From IMG/VR virus record IMGVR_UViG_3300031507_000007, positions 1 through 52,545 of that record: a DNA stretch of 52,545 bases, one strand, 5' to 3'. A program made the translations under genes and the position numbers. The notes under the pieces were generated by a model. That model worked only from the letters and a program-made list of their open reading frames with translations. It ran no database searches and was not told the origin of the DNA. Shown one piece after another: positions 9,471 through 18,366 of this stretch (position 1 is the stretch's first letter; every line of letters starts with the position of its first letter). The DNA is from a virus.

Positions 9471-11003
9471 ATGCCATTCTCCGTTCCATCCCTGGCCGAC
9501 ACGCGAGACTTCCTCGTCGCGCTTGGCAAGTCGCTGTTCCCGTGGGCCAACTTCGGTAGCCGGCGCACCTTCCATGGCCGCCGAGCGACTTACCTGGCCG
9601 CCGCGGTGACGCAACTCCACGCCCATGTCGACTCGGCGGAGCGCGACGTGCACCCGTTGACCGCCGGCGATGGAAAGCCCATTGACGACTGGGGGGATAC
9701 CGTCGGTGTTCCGCGCAAGGCAGCCACGCCAGCCCGCAAGGCGTCGGCCGGGCGCGTGCGCGGAGCCGCCGGCGCGACCGTCACGATCGGCGAGCAGCTC
9801 AAGCACGACACCTCGGGCCTGATCTACGAGCTGGCTCAGAACGTCACCATCCCCGGGACGGCCGGCGTCGATCCGGACAGCTTCGTCGACGCCAGCATCG
9901 TCGCGGTCGACACCGGAGCCAAAACCCGGCAGGACGCCGGGCAGACGCTGGCCTTCGTGAACACGCTGCCCGGCATCGAGCGCAACGTCATCCTACAGCT
10001 ACCGCTCGACGAGGACGGCTTCGACGCGGAGCCATTCGGCAGCTACCGCGCGCGCGTGCTCGCCACGTTCTCGCAGACCCCGAGCGGCGGCAACCAGGCC
10101 GACTTCGTGAAATGGGCGCTGGCGAGCCTTAACACGGTGGCGGCGGCGTTCGCCTACCCGAACCGGGCCGGGCGCGGAACGATCGACATCGCGGCGTTCT
10201 ACGCGGGCAGCGGGACGGCGCGCACCCTGACGGTCGACGACCGCGAGGCCGTGGCGACATACATCCGCACCCAGACCACAGCGCCGTTCCAGATCACGGG
10301 CGCCGGCGGCGGCCTGCGGATCTTGGTCACAGTAGCTGACCCGAGGCCCGTGGAGATCCTGTTGATCCCGAACGGGCAGGCAGCCTTCGCGTTCGATTGG
10401 GACGACAGCACGCCGCCGACGGTGCTCGGCTGGGTCTCGGCTACGCGCGAGCTGCATTTTTCCGGCGGCGCGCTGCCTCCGTCCCTGCGCGCCGGGCACC
10501 GGCTGTCGCTGCGCGGCGTCGCGAGCGCGCAGGACGGCACCGAGTTCAAGATCGAATCGATCTCCGCCGTCGACAAGGTCATCCTCGAGAAAACCCCGGC
10601 GGTCGACCCGGTCGCGACCGACGTGATCTACTCGGGCGGCCCACTGGTCACGCCGGTCCGCGCCGCCATCGTGGCTCACCTGAACGGGGAGATCGTCTAC
10701 GCCGGGCGCGGCCTGACGCCGCTGCCGGCCAGCTCGGTCGACTCGACCGTCGGGCTCGACATCCTGGCCGATGGCATCGGCAGCGCCAACCCGGGCGGGA
10801 TCTACAACGTGGCCGGCGGGGTCAGCTGGTCCGGCGCGATCGTGCGCGCGCAGCTGTTCGGGATCGCCAAGTACAAGGCCGGCGTCCGCGACGTCGACGT
10901 GGCTACGCCGGCCGCGAACTACGAGGCAGTCGACGACGCGTTCCCCGACGACGCCCAGATCCACTACGTCACCCCGGGCGCCGTGCTCGTGCGGAGGGGC
11001 TGA
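9471..11003 (+). CDS. Baseplate J-like protein (Mu gp47-like)
   Basis: 510 aa, with size and position typical of the baseplate J family. Confidence 0.75.
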   Translation: MPFSVPSLADTRDFLVALGKSLFPWANFGSRRTFHGRRATYLAAAVTQLHAHVDSAERDVHPLTAGDGKPIDDWGDTVGVPRKAATPARKASAGRVRGAAGATVTIGEQLKHDTSGLIYELAQNVTIPGTAGVDPDSFVDASIVAVDTGAKTRQDAGQTLAFVNTLPGIERNVILQLPLDEDGFDAEPFGSYRARVLATFSQTPSGGNQADFVKWALASLNTVAAAFAYPNRAGRGTIDIAAFYAGSGTARTLTVDDREAVATYIRTQTTAPFQITGAGGGLRILVTVADPRPVEILLIPNGQAAFAFDWDDSTPPTVLGWVSATRELHFSGGALPPSLRAGHRLSLRGVASAQDGTEFKIESISAVDKVILEKTPAVDPVATDVIYSGGPLVTPVRAAIVAHLNGEIVYAGRGLTPLPASSVDSTVGLDILADGIGSANPGGIYNVAGGVSWSGAIVRAQLFGIAKYKAGVRDVDVATPAANYEAVDDAFPDDAQIHYVTPGAVLVRRG

Positions 11004-12946
11004 TGGCGCCCGGCGCGGACAAGCGGCTGTTCTTCGATCCGCCTGGCGCGATCGGCCTGGTCGACCCGGATCCGGTCCTGCTAGTCCGGTTCAACGAGCA
11101 GGACACCGCGACGAGACCGCAGGACGCGCATGGCGTGATGCAGGACTTTGACGTCGCGAGCTACGGGCTGTTCACCACCAACGTGATGCCGGACGTCGTC
11201 GACGGAGTGCTTGGCAACGCGCGACGGTTCAACGGCTCCACGATGGGGCTTGATGCCCGCGATCTCGTGAGCGGCGCCACCCTGCTCACGCGCGACTGCT
11301 CGATCCAGGTCGTGCTCTCCTGGGATGCCGCCGCGCAGGACGCCGAGGGCTCGGCCGGGGCGATCGCGTCGCGCGGGATCGGAACCACGAGCGCCGAGGC
11401 CCTGTGCTATTGCATCCAGCTCGACGTGGTGGACGCCCCAAGCCACACGGCGAGCTTCCAGTGGGTCTGGCAGGACGTCGGCGGGACGACCCATGTACAG
11501 GCCGGCGCCAGCGTCGTTCTGCCGCCGGGCCAGTTCACCATGTTGACCGCTACGCGGCGCTGGGTCTCTCCGACCGAGGTCGTGCTTCGCTACTACGTCG
11601 GTGACGTCTTGCTCGGCCAGGTCACGAGCTCGAATGGCTCGATCGGAGGCGGGACGACCGGGCGGTTCCAGATCGGATACCGCGCCGAAGGATCCCCGGG
11701 GGACTACTTCGCCGGCGCGATCGATGAGCTGCTCGTGGTCGGCCGCGAGCTGACCCACGAGGAAATCGAGAGCACCTGGCTGCGCATCACCAGCTACCAG
11801 CCGCTCGGGGTCCAGCTGTTCACCGAGCTGCACGATCCCGGCTTCCCGCTGCCGACCGACCCGGCGGCGGACGTCCAGCTCGAGACGCGCCTGATCGGGC
11901 AGGGTTTGGGCTACGCCGCGGCGGCGATCGAGAACTTCCGCGCCAACGCGCTGCCGGGCCGGTCCTACGGCCAGGTGCTCGCCGACTGGGAGACCGCGGT
12001 CCGCGTGACGCCGGCGCCGAGCTCGGGCGTGGACGAGCAGCGGGCTCGCGTGGTCGCGCGGATGCGCCAGCGCCGCGGCGTCTCGATCGGCGGGCTCGAG
12101 GACGCCCTGGTCGGCCTGCTCGGCGGAGCGACCAACGACGACCTCGAGTTCCTGGCGTTCACCAACGACGTCGAGGACGACTTCACCACGCTGAACCTGC
12201 TCCGGTGGGACGTCACGCCGGCCGCCTCGTTCACCGCGGTCGCCGGCAGCGCGCACGCGGCGCCGGGCGCTGGCACGTTCCTCATGAACGGCACCACGCG
12301 GACCTGGGTCACCTGCACGCAGGACATCGGCGGCGACGGGCAGGCCGCGCACCACTTCGCCAAGCTCGCGTTCACCACGCCGCAATCGACCGCGGAGACC
12401 GGCATCTACTTCGGCGAGCGCACGCAGGGGAACTACCTACTGCTCGGCCTGCGCGACAACGCCGGGACGTTCGTCGTGGTGACGGAGAGCTTCCAGCACA
12501 ACGTGTCGCAGGGCCTCGTCACGCAGGCCACGCTCGGCGCCAACCCCGCGGCGATCTGGCTGCACCTGTACCAGACCGACACCCCGGGCACGTGGAAGGC
12601 GGCGTGGTCGATCACGTCCGCGTCGGCCGGCTTCACGACGTCGGGCAACATCACGCACCCGACCCTGCAGAACCTCTCCGGGCTCTACCTGCGCTCGACC
12701 GGGGCGATCGCGGCGCCGGTGGCCGACTTCGACAACAGCCGGACCCGGGCTCCGTTCGGCACGCGGTCGTTCGATGCCTACGTCCTGCTAGATTCCGCGC
12801 TCGGCTTCACGCCGGACGTAGACGGCGCTCACTCGGTCATCCAGGCGATTAAGCACGCCTATACCGAGGGCACGTTCATCACGAGCAGAGAGCTACTCTG
12901 CGATACCCCGTTCGGCTGTGACCGCGGACCATGCGGGGGTATATGA
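11003..12946 (+). CDS. Baseplate wedge protein (Mu gp48 / DUF2313-like) fused to an N-terminal LamG (concanavalin A-like) domain
   Basis: ATG 11003 shares 1 nt with the upstream TGA. LamG_3-like ending: YFAGAIDELLVVGRELTHEEIESTW. The segment after it (LPGRSYGQVLADWE...RARVVARMRQRRG) and the C-terminal IKHAYTEG resemble DUF2313. Confidence 0.65.
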   Translation: MAPGADKRLFFDPPGAIGLVDPDPVLLVRFNEQDTATRPQDAHGVMQDFDVASYGLFTTNVMPDVVDGVLGNARRFNGSTMGLDARDLVSGATLLTRDCSIQVVLSWDAAAQDAEGSAGAIASRGIGTTSAEALCYCIQLDVVDAPSHTASFQWVWQDVGGTTHVQAGASVVLPPGQFTMLTATRRWVSPTEVVLRYYVGDVLLGQVTSSNGSIGGGTTGRFQIGYRAEGSPGDYFAGAIDELLVVGRELTHEEIESTWLRITSYQPLGVQLFTELHDPGFPLPTDPAADVQLETRLIGQGLGYAAAAIENFRANALPGRSYGQVLADWETAVRVTPAPSSGVDEQRARVVARMRQRRGVSIGGLEDALVGLLGGATNDDLEFLAFTNDVEDDFTTLNLLRWDVTPAASFTAVAGSAHAAPGAGTFLMNGTTRTWVTCTQDIGGDGQAAHHFAKLAFTTPQSTAETGIYFGERTQGNYLLLGLRDNAGTFVVVTESFQHNVSQGLVTQATLGANPAAIWLHLYQTDTPGTWKAAWSITSASAGFTTSGNITHPTLQNLSGLYLRSTGAIAAPVADFDNSRTRAPFGTRSFDAYVLLDSALGFTPDVDGAHSVIQAIKHAYTEGTFITSRELLCDTPFGCDRGPCGGI

Positions 12947-12990
12947 TTACCCACTTCACGAGCACCGGAATGCCTGCTACCTCATCGCAC

Positions 12991-13671
12991 ATGAAGGCAC
13001 TCCTGATCTCGATTGCGCTGGCGGGCTGCACGTCGTCGGTCCCCGCTCAGTACGAACCCGATGCCGGTGTGCTGCTGCCGGACTCGCATGTTGATGCAGC
13101 GCCGGCGCCACCGCGCCAGATCGGATGCGGCATGGGTAATCTCCCTGACTCGAGAACTGCAACGCTCACCCCGTCCGACCCGCTTCCGTCGGCTCTCATC
13201 GACGAGATCCAAGATCAGATTATCGGACACAAGAGAAAGGTGTGGGACAGAAGGTTCACGCCAGTCCCTGTGTTCCAGTCCGGTGGGGCCAACGGGTTCG
13301 TCGGGGCCGTTAACCCAGCGGCCGGCGGCCCCAGCATACTCAAGAACTCGGCGTCTTCGGATTCCCAGTTCAATGCCGGCCCATGGGAGGCCGGCGACCG
13401 GGTCATCGGTGGATCTATCGAGATGTTCGGCACCGGCGGTGCGCCCGACACCTCATTCAGCCTGCTGCTCTACACCAGTGCGGCCGACACGGCCCCGGTT
13501 ACGCTGGGAACCTTCGGCCTCAGCTCAGTCAGCGCAGCGTGGCAGACGATCACGCTGACATCATTCGTCAACCACATCCTGCTGGCGACCGACGTCATGC
13601 GTGTTCGGGTCTCGAAGGTCGGCGCCAATCTCTGTCTCGGCGATGTGGATCTGAAGTACGACCGTCTGTAG
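12991..13671 (+). CDS. Predicted lipoprotein with a beta-rich C-terminal domain, sitting in the tail-fibre slot
   Basis: MKALLISIALAGC lipobox signal. An alternative upstream ATG at 12931 would bury the signal. Last gene before the lysis cassette. Confidence 0.5.
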   Translation: MKALLISIALAGCTSSVPAQYEPDAGVLLPDSHVDAAPAPPRQIGCGMGNLPDSRTATLTPSDPLPSALIDEIQDQIIGHKRKVWDRRFTPVPVFQSGGANGFVGAVNPAAGGPSILKNSASSDSQFNAGPWEAGDRVIGGSIEMFGTGGAPDTSFSLLLYTSAADTAPVTLGTFGLSSVSAAWQTITLTSFVNHILLATDVMRVRVSKVGANLCLGDVDLKYDRL

Positions 13672-13732
13672 TCTTTCGCTGCAGGGTACGCCGGGTCTTG
13701 CGCGCCGCCGCGCCGCCGCGTAACCCGCAAGG

Positions 13733-14191
13733 ATGGCGGAACCACCGGACGACGAAGAGACGGCTGGCGACACGCCGCCCTGGGGGACCAACTCCGAGTC
13801 GCGCCGCCGAGCCGCCGAGCCGATGGCGCTCATGGCGCGCAGCGCCCGCCAGACCGCCGACGTCACCGCGAAGACCCTCGACCGGGTGGGCCAGCTGCGC
13901 CATGCGGTAATGGATCACCTGCACCGACAGGACACCGACATCGCCGTGGTCAAGGGCAAGCTCGACGTCCTGCTCGAGGAGCTCAAGGTCGCGCGCCGCG
14001 AGCGCTCGGCGATCCATGTCAGCGCAGTCCAGGCCCGGATCGACGTCGAGCGCACCGGCGAGATCGCCAAGATCGACGAGACCGCGGCTCGCCGGAAGCA
14101 CAGCCGGGACCTGGCCATCAAGATCATCGCGGTGGTCGGCCCGATCGTCGCCGCCATCATCAGCGCTCTAGCCGTCGGAGGTTGCCCTTGA
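13733..14191 (+). CDS. Coiled-coil protein with a C-terminal transmembrane anchor (lysis-cassette associated)
   Basis: 152 aa. C-terminus LAIKIIAVVGPIVAAIISALAVGG. Immediately precedes the spanin genes. Confidence 0.5.
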   Translation: MAEPPDDEETAGDTPPWGTNSESRRRAAEPMALMARSARQTADVTAKTLDRVGQLRHAVMDHLHRQDTDIAVVKGKLDVLLEELKVARRERSAIHVSAVQARIDVERTGEIAKIDETAARRKHSRDLAIKIIAVVGPIVAAIISALAVGGCP

Positions 14192-14640
14192 CGTACGCCA
14201 TTCTCGCATTCTCTGCAGCCTCCCTCGCCGCCGCGATCTCCGGCTGGTGGAAGGCGTGGTCCGCCCTCAAAGAGGCCAACGACGCCGCCGAGCGGGCGCG
14301 GATCTCCGAGGCCCGGGCCGACGCCGAGCGAGCCCACGCCTTCGACGCGCAGGCCGCCGCCGCCGTGGCGCTGACCCAGCTCAAGGGCGCGCAGCTTGAC
14401 CTGACGCACGCGACGCAGGATCTTGTGCGGGCACGTGCAACGAATGGAGATCTCCTTGAGAAGATTGCGAAGCTGGGCGCTCCGGTCGGTGACGCTCTGT
14501 ACGATTCCACTGTCGATCGGCTGTACGCGGACCGTGACCGTCGAGAAGCCGGTCGAGGTGCGAGTGCCGGTGCCGGTCCAAGTTCGAACGGTGTGCCCGT
14601 TGACCCTGCCGGACCTGCCGCCCCAGCCCCGAAGGGGTGA
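14188..14640 (+). CDS. Inner-membrane spanin (Rz-like) candidate
   Basis: TTG 14188 in a TTGA overlap, 6 nt after GGAGG. N-terminal TM helix (YAILAFSAASLAAAISGWW), then an Ala/Glu/Arg coiled coil. Confidence 0.55.
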   Translation: MTYAILAFSAASLAAAISGWWKAWSALKEANDAAERARISEARADAERAHAFDAQAAAAVALTQLKGAQLDLTHATQDLVRARATNGDLLEKIAKLGAPVGDALYDSTVDRLYADRDRREAGRGASAGAGPSSNGVPVDPAGPAAPAPKG

Positions 14641-14797
14641 CCCAGTACTCTGTCAAAAGAACTTCGGGCAGGGCGCGATCTGCTTCGAGCCGTCCGAAGC
14701 GGTTCGCCAGGCGCGCCTGATGGGGATGCTGGTCGACCTGTACCTCGACCGGGTCGCCTGCGGTTCTACCGAGCCCGCACCGCCTGCAGCGCAATAG
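14444..14797 (+). CDS. Outer-membrane spanin (Rz1-like) lipoprotein candidate, overlapping the i-spanin gene in another frame
   Basis: MEISLRRLRSWALRSVTLCTIPLSIGC, then the Pro-rich VEKPVEVRVPVPVQVRTVCPLTLPDLPPQP. It starts inside 14188..14640 and ends beyond it. The lipobox is non-ideal. ATG 14423 is an alternative start. Confidence 0.45.
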   Translation: MEISLRRLRSWALRSVTLCTIPLSIGCTRTVTVEKPVEVRVPVPVQVRTVCPLTLPDLPPQPRRGDPVLCQKNFGQGAICFEPSEAVRQARLMGMLVDLYLDRVACGSTEPAPPAAQ

Positions 14798-14837
14798 GGC
14801 TGGACGGCTCGCCAGCCGGTGTGACAACACCGGAACT

Positions 14838-15077
14838 ATGGCTGATTCCAACCTCCCTCTGTCCACCGATACCTCCGTCATTCTCGCCACCGTCCCGCCG
14901 AAGCCCGGGTTCAAGACCTCGGAATTCTGGCTCAAGGTCGCGGCGATGCTCCTGACCGCGCTGTTCGCGTCCGGCGCGGTGACCAACAACACCGTGCTCG
15001 CGGTCGCCGGGATCGCGGCGTCGATGCTCGGCGCCCTCGGCTACACCGTCGCGCGCTCGCTGGTGAAAGCGTCGTGA
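14838..15077 (+). CDS. Holin candidate (two TM helices)
   Basis: 79 aa. FWLKVAAMLLTALFASGAV and VLAVAGIAASMLGALGYTV. Lies within the lysis cassette. Confidence 0.5.
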   Translation: MADSNLPLSTDTSVILATVPPKPGFKTSEFWLKVAAMLLTALFASGAVTNNTVLAVAGIAASMLGALGYTVARSLVKAS

Positions 15078-16378
15078 TCCGCGCCGCGCTCGTCGCGCTG
15101 GCCCTGGCCGGCTGCTCGCCGACCCCGATCGAAGTCGCCATGCGGCAGGCGGTCGCCGCGCCCGGCTTCGTCGAGGTCGCCACCCTGACCGACCAGACCG
15201 GCATGGCGATCCGCGGCGCCGGCGCGCAGCTCGGCCGCCGGGTCTACTGGATGGCCGGCGAGCGCGGCCCCAACGGAACCTACAACTGCTCGAGCACCGC
15301 GCACTGGAACGACGCCGAGCACCTGAAGCACTGCCCCGGCGCCCTGATCTCGGTGTCGCTCGACGGCGACGCGGACATCCAGGTCGCGCACGCGTTCGAC
15401 CAGCTCGACGCGCGCGGGCAGAACGACGGCGGATACCATCCCTACGGAACCCCGCTCGCGGTCGACGGCTGCCTCGTTGGCGTGACCCAGGTCGGCGGGC
15501 GCCCGACCGGCGCCGGGATCGAGGCGGACACCGCGGCCGGCGCGGGCACGCTCTGGCGCTACTGCCCCGACACTGGGGCGTTCGAGACGCTGCACAACTT
15601 CTTCGCCGTGGGTCGCGCGCTCGACGGCGAGTACCCGATGGGCACGCCGGCGCTCACGCCGGACGGTCGGATCTGCGGCACGACGAAGGGCGGCGGCGCG
15701 CTGAGCCGAGGCACCGTGTGGTGCTGGTCGGCCAGCGGGTTCGATTACGTCCCGCTCTCGCCGGCCACGGGGACGGCGTACGGCGGCCTGACCTACAGCG
15801 GCGGGTCGCTGCACTTCAGCACCAACGACGGCGCCGAGAACGGCGTGGGCGCCTACGTGCGCGCGGACGCGGCAACGCTCGCGCTGACCGTGGTCGACAG
15901 CTGGCCGGCGTTCACCGGGTCGCAGTGCTGCAACGACAACACGAGCATCCAGGCCCCGACCCGGATCGGCACCGCGCTCGTGATGGCCCGCCAGTTCGAG
16001 GGCAGCGGCGGGACCGGGCTCGTCGTGCGGCTCGACCCGACTGCGGGGATCTCGGTGCTCGGCGGCTTCGAGCCGGTCGTCGTCGACGCGGTCCCGCGGT
16101 TCTCGAACACGACCGGCGGCATGGCCAACGGCCGGGTCACCGAGGCGCCGAACGGGATGGTGATGGGGACCGCGGCCTACGGCGGCGCGGCGGGCGCCGG
16201 TGGAATCTACGAGCTCGCGCGCGACGGCACGCGGCAGCGGCTCGTGCACAGCTTCGATCCGGGCGGCCCGAGCTACCCGTACGGCGGACTGATGACCACG
16301 ACCGACGGGGAGATCTACGGATCGACGTTCAGCGGGACGATCTTCAAGTTCGCGCCGCCGATCGAGGCCTGCCCGTGA
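15074..16378 (+). CDS. Lipoprotein with GloVer-type tandem (beta-propeller-like) repeats
   Basis: GTG start in a GTGA overlap. MIRAALVALALAGC lipobox. Repeats such as YPMGTPALTPDGRICGTTKGGGALSRGTVW and YPYGGLMTTTDGEIYGSTFSGTIFKF. Confidence 0.55.
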   Translation: MIRAALVALALAGCSPTPIEVAMRQAVAAPGFVEVATLTDQTGMAIRGAGAQLGRRVYWMAGERGPNGTYNCSSTAHWNDAEHLKHCPGALISVSLDGDADIQVAHAFDQLDARGQNDGGYHPYGTPLAVDGCLVGVTQVGGRPTGAGIEADTAAGAGTLWRYCPDTGAFETLHNFFAVGRALDGEYPMGTPALTPDGRICGTTKGGGALSRGTVWCWSASGFDYVPLSPATGTAYGGLTYSGGSLHFSTNDGAENGVGAYVRADAATLALTVVDSWPAFTGSQCCNDNTSIQAPTRIGTALVMARQFEGSGGTGLVVRLDPTAGISVLGGFEPVVVDAVPRFSNTTGGMANGRVTEAPNGMVMGTAAYGGAAGAGGIYELARDGTRQRLVHSFDPGGPSYPYGGLMTTTDGEIYGSTFSGTIFKFAPPIEACP

Positions 16379-17112
16379 CCGTGGACCCGCTGTTCATCGA
16401 CCGCTACCCGGGCGATGCCAAGGGCGACGGCGCTGCGTTTTGCGCGGCCGGCCCGCCGTGGCACGGCGCCGTGTTCAAGCTCTCGCAGGGCCTGGACTAC
16501 CAATACGCGGCGTGGGCGCTCGAGCAGCGCAAGCCGTTCGTCAACAGCCCGCGCTACGGCGGCGACCTGTTCGACGGCTTCTACCACTACCTGACGATCG
16601 CGCAGGACGGCGCCGCGCAGGCGGACCGGTTCATGGGGCTGATGAAGCTGATCGGCGGCGAGCTGGTGGGCACGATGTGGGCGATGGTCGACGTCGAGCG
16701 TGGCGGGCAGCGCAAGACGCCGAACCGGCAGCAGGTCATCGACTGCGTGAGCGCGTTCGCGGCGCGCTACCGCCAGCTCTCCGGGCGCGCGCCCACGCTG
16801 TACGGCGGCGAGCTCCTGCGGGATCTCCAGGTCGGCAGCTTGATGGGGTGCGGCCGCTCCTGGGTGGCGCTGTACGGCAGCGAGCTGCACGGCGTCGGCG
16901 AGAGCACCCGGCAGTTTCTGGCGCGCACCGGGACCGACCTGGATCACCTGGCGTGGTGGCAGTACGACGCCGGCCGAGACGAGAACCAGCCGGAGCCGCG
17001 GGGCTACCCTAACGTCGTGCCCGGCTACGGCAAGTCGGACATCAGCGCGCTCACGCTGCCCGGCGGGCTGGCTAGGCTGCGCGCGACGCTTTGGGCCGAG
17101 AGCCCGAACTGA
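16375..17112 (+). CDS. Endolysin, GH25 muramidase-like
   Basis: GTG start in a GTGA overlap. AVFKLSQG, GFYHYL, AQADRF, MVDVE and WWQYD align by eye with GH25 (cellosyl-type) blocks. Confidence 0.65.
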   Translation: MTVDPLFIDRYPGDAKGDGAAFCAAGPPWHGAVFKLSQGLDYQYAAWALEQRKPFVNSPRYGGDLFDGFYHYLTIAQDGAAQADRFMGLMKLIGGELVGTMWAMVDVERGGQRKTPNRQQVIDCVSAFAARYRQLSGRAPTLYGGELLRDLQVGSLMGCGRSWVALYGSELHGVGESTRQFLARTGTDLDHLAWWQYDAGRDENQPEPRGYPNVVPGYGKSDISALTLPGGLARLRATLWAESPN

Positions 17113-17440
17113 CACTGGACCTCCTGCGAGGTCGACCAGACTTCCCCTTCCATCTGACCGAGGGGACCCGATCGGAAGCCCTCAGGTACACCCACACCTC
17201 GGTCGGGAAGTCCCCTCCGTTGTCCTGGATAGTGGTCTCGTCGGATTTGACTACGAGTCCCTTGTCGATCAGCCATCTCATCACGCGATAGAGCCTGCGC
17301 TCCGACGCAGATCCGAAGTCCTCCCGGACCTCCACGGCCCAATCGTGGAACGTCCGTCCCTCGAGTCGGTACAGGTGACGGAGACCGATCTGGCGTAGTA
17401 TGTGGGTGTCGCAGGTATTGCTGTAGACCCGAGACGCCAA
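17072..17440 (-). CDS. Winged-helix-like DNA-binding protein candidate
   Basis: 122 aa. SERRLYRVMRWLIDKGLVV. Its 3' end overlaps the convergent endolysin gene by 41 nt. Confidence 0.4.
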   Translation of the reverse strand: MASRVYSNTCDTHILRQIGLRHLYRLEGRTFHDWAVEVREDFGSASERRLYRVMRWLIDKGLVVKSDETTIQDNGGDFPTEVWVYLRASDRVPSVRWKGKSGRPRRRSSVSSGSRPKASRAA

Positions 17441-17441
17441 G

Positions 17442-17864
17442 CTACACCTCCTTGACGCGCCGCGATCGCAGCTCTTGGACCTCGCGCTCCGCGCGCGACA
17501 CCGCCTTCACCAGTCCGACGATGTCGCGCGACTGCTCCTGCACGACCAGGAGCGCGTCCTCGATCTCGGACTTCAGATACTCGATCCTGCGCGAGGTCGC
17601 CTCTTCGCTGTCTCGGCCAAGCCGCACCAGCTCGTCGCAGCGCTTCATGTGAAGATCGCGCTCGAACAGGGCATTTACCCTGAGGTCGTTCGCTTCTACA
17701 CATCCAGAGATCAATCTTTCGATCTTGTCGTTGAGTTGCGAGATCTCCCTGTCCCTATCGAGGACGACGATGGACGCCTGGTCAGCGGCAGCTTGAGCGA
17801 TGTCGGAGCGCCGCATGCTGGCTTCCAGGTTTTCGCGCAGGATGATGTGGTCCGCCGCGTTCAT
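17442..17864 (-). CDS. Coiled-coil hypothetical protein
   Basis: Internal ATG at 17864 of ORF 17442..17981, in an ATGA overlap with the upstream stop. Heptad-like sequence. Confidence 0.45.
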   Translation of the reverse strand: MNAADHIILRENLEASMRRSDIAQAAADQASIVVLDRDREISQLNDKIERLISGCVEANDLRVNALFERDLHMKRCDELVRLGRDSEEATSRRIEYLKSEIEDALLVVQEQSRDIVGLVKAVSRAEREVQELRSRRVKEV

Positions 17865-18112
17865 CTGGCGCCCCCTCTCCGCGCATTGACCTGGTACGGC
17901 GCTCGGTTCTGGATATGGGAAACGAACGTGGCCTTCGCTCGGATGCGGTCGCGGAATTCGTCGGTGCTCTCGCCGCTCCACCGGCGCAGCCCGTACAGCG
18001 CGCCGACGTTGTTGATGTTGATGGCCCGTCGCCGGGCGCGCAACAGCGCAGCGACGGCAAACAGGGTCAGGGAGATCGCCATCGCGATCGTGAAGATGTC
18101 GTCATTGGTCAT
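17861..18112 (-). CDS. Small membrane protein (N-terminal TM helix)
   Basis: ATG 18112 inside ORF 17861..18451. MTNDDIFTIAMAISLTLFAVAALL. Confidence 0.45.
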   Translation of the reverse strand: MTNDDIFTIAMAISLTLFAVAALLRARRRAININNVGALYGLRRWSGESTDEFRDRIRAKATFVSHIQNRAPYQVNARRGGAR

Positions 18113-18114
18113 GG

Positions 18115-18366
18115 TCAGTCCTGGTTCTTCTTGAGGTCGTCGTTGGATTCGGAATCCATCGCGCTCTGCACCGTCTCGTGGAATAAGTCGATCGGGATCC
18201 TGTCGATCAGGAGGATGCGGCCGACCGCGAAAGCCAGCCCGATCAGCATGGCGTTCGGCGTGGATGCTTCCTTCGAGCATCGGTCGATCACGTCGTTGGC
18301 CATGTCGAACGAGGTGCTCCGCTCGGGCGTCATCTCGGCCAGGATCGCGATCTCCTTCTCGGTCAC
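18115..18366 (-). CDS. Hypothetical protein
   Basis: 83-aa ORF with a GTG start in a GTGA overlap with the upstream stop. Confidence 0.45.
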   Translation of the reverse strand: MTEKEIAILAEMTPERSTSFDMANDVIDRCSKEASTPNAMLIGLAFAVGRILLIDRIPIDLFHETVQSAMDSESNDDLKKNQD

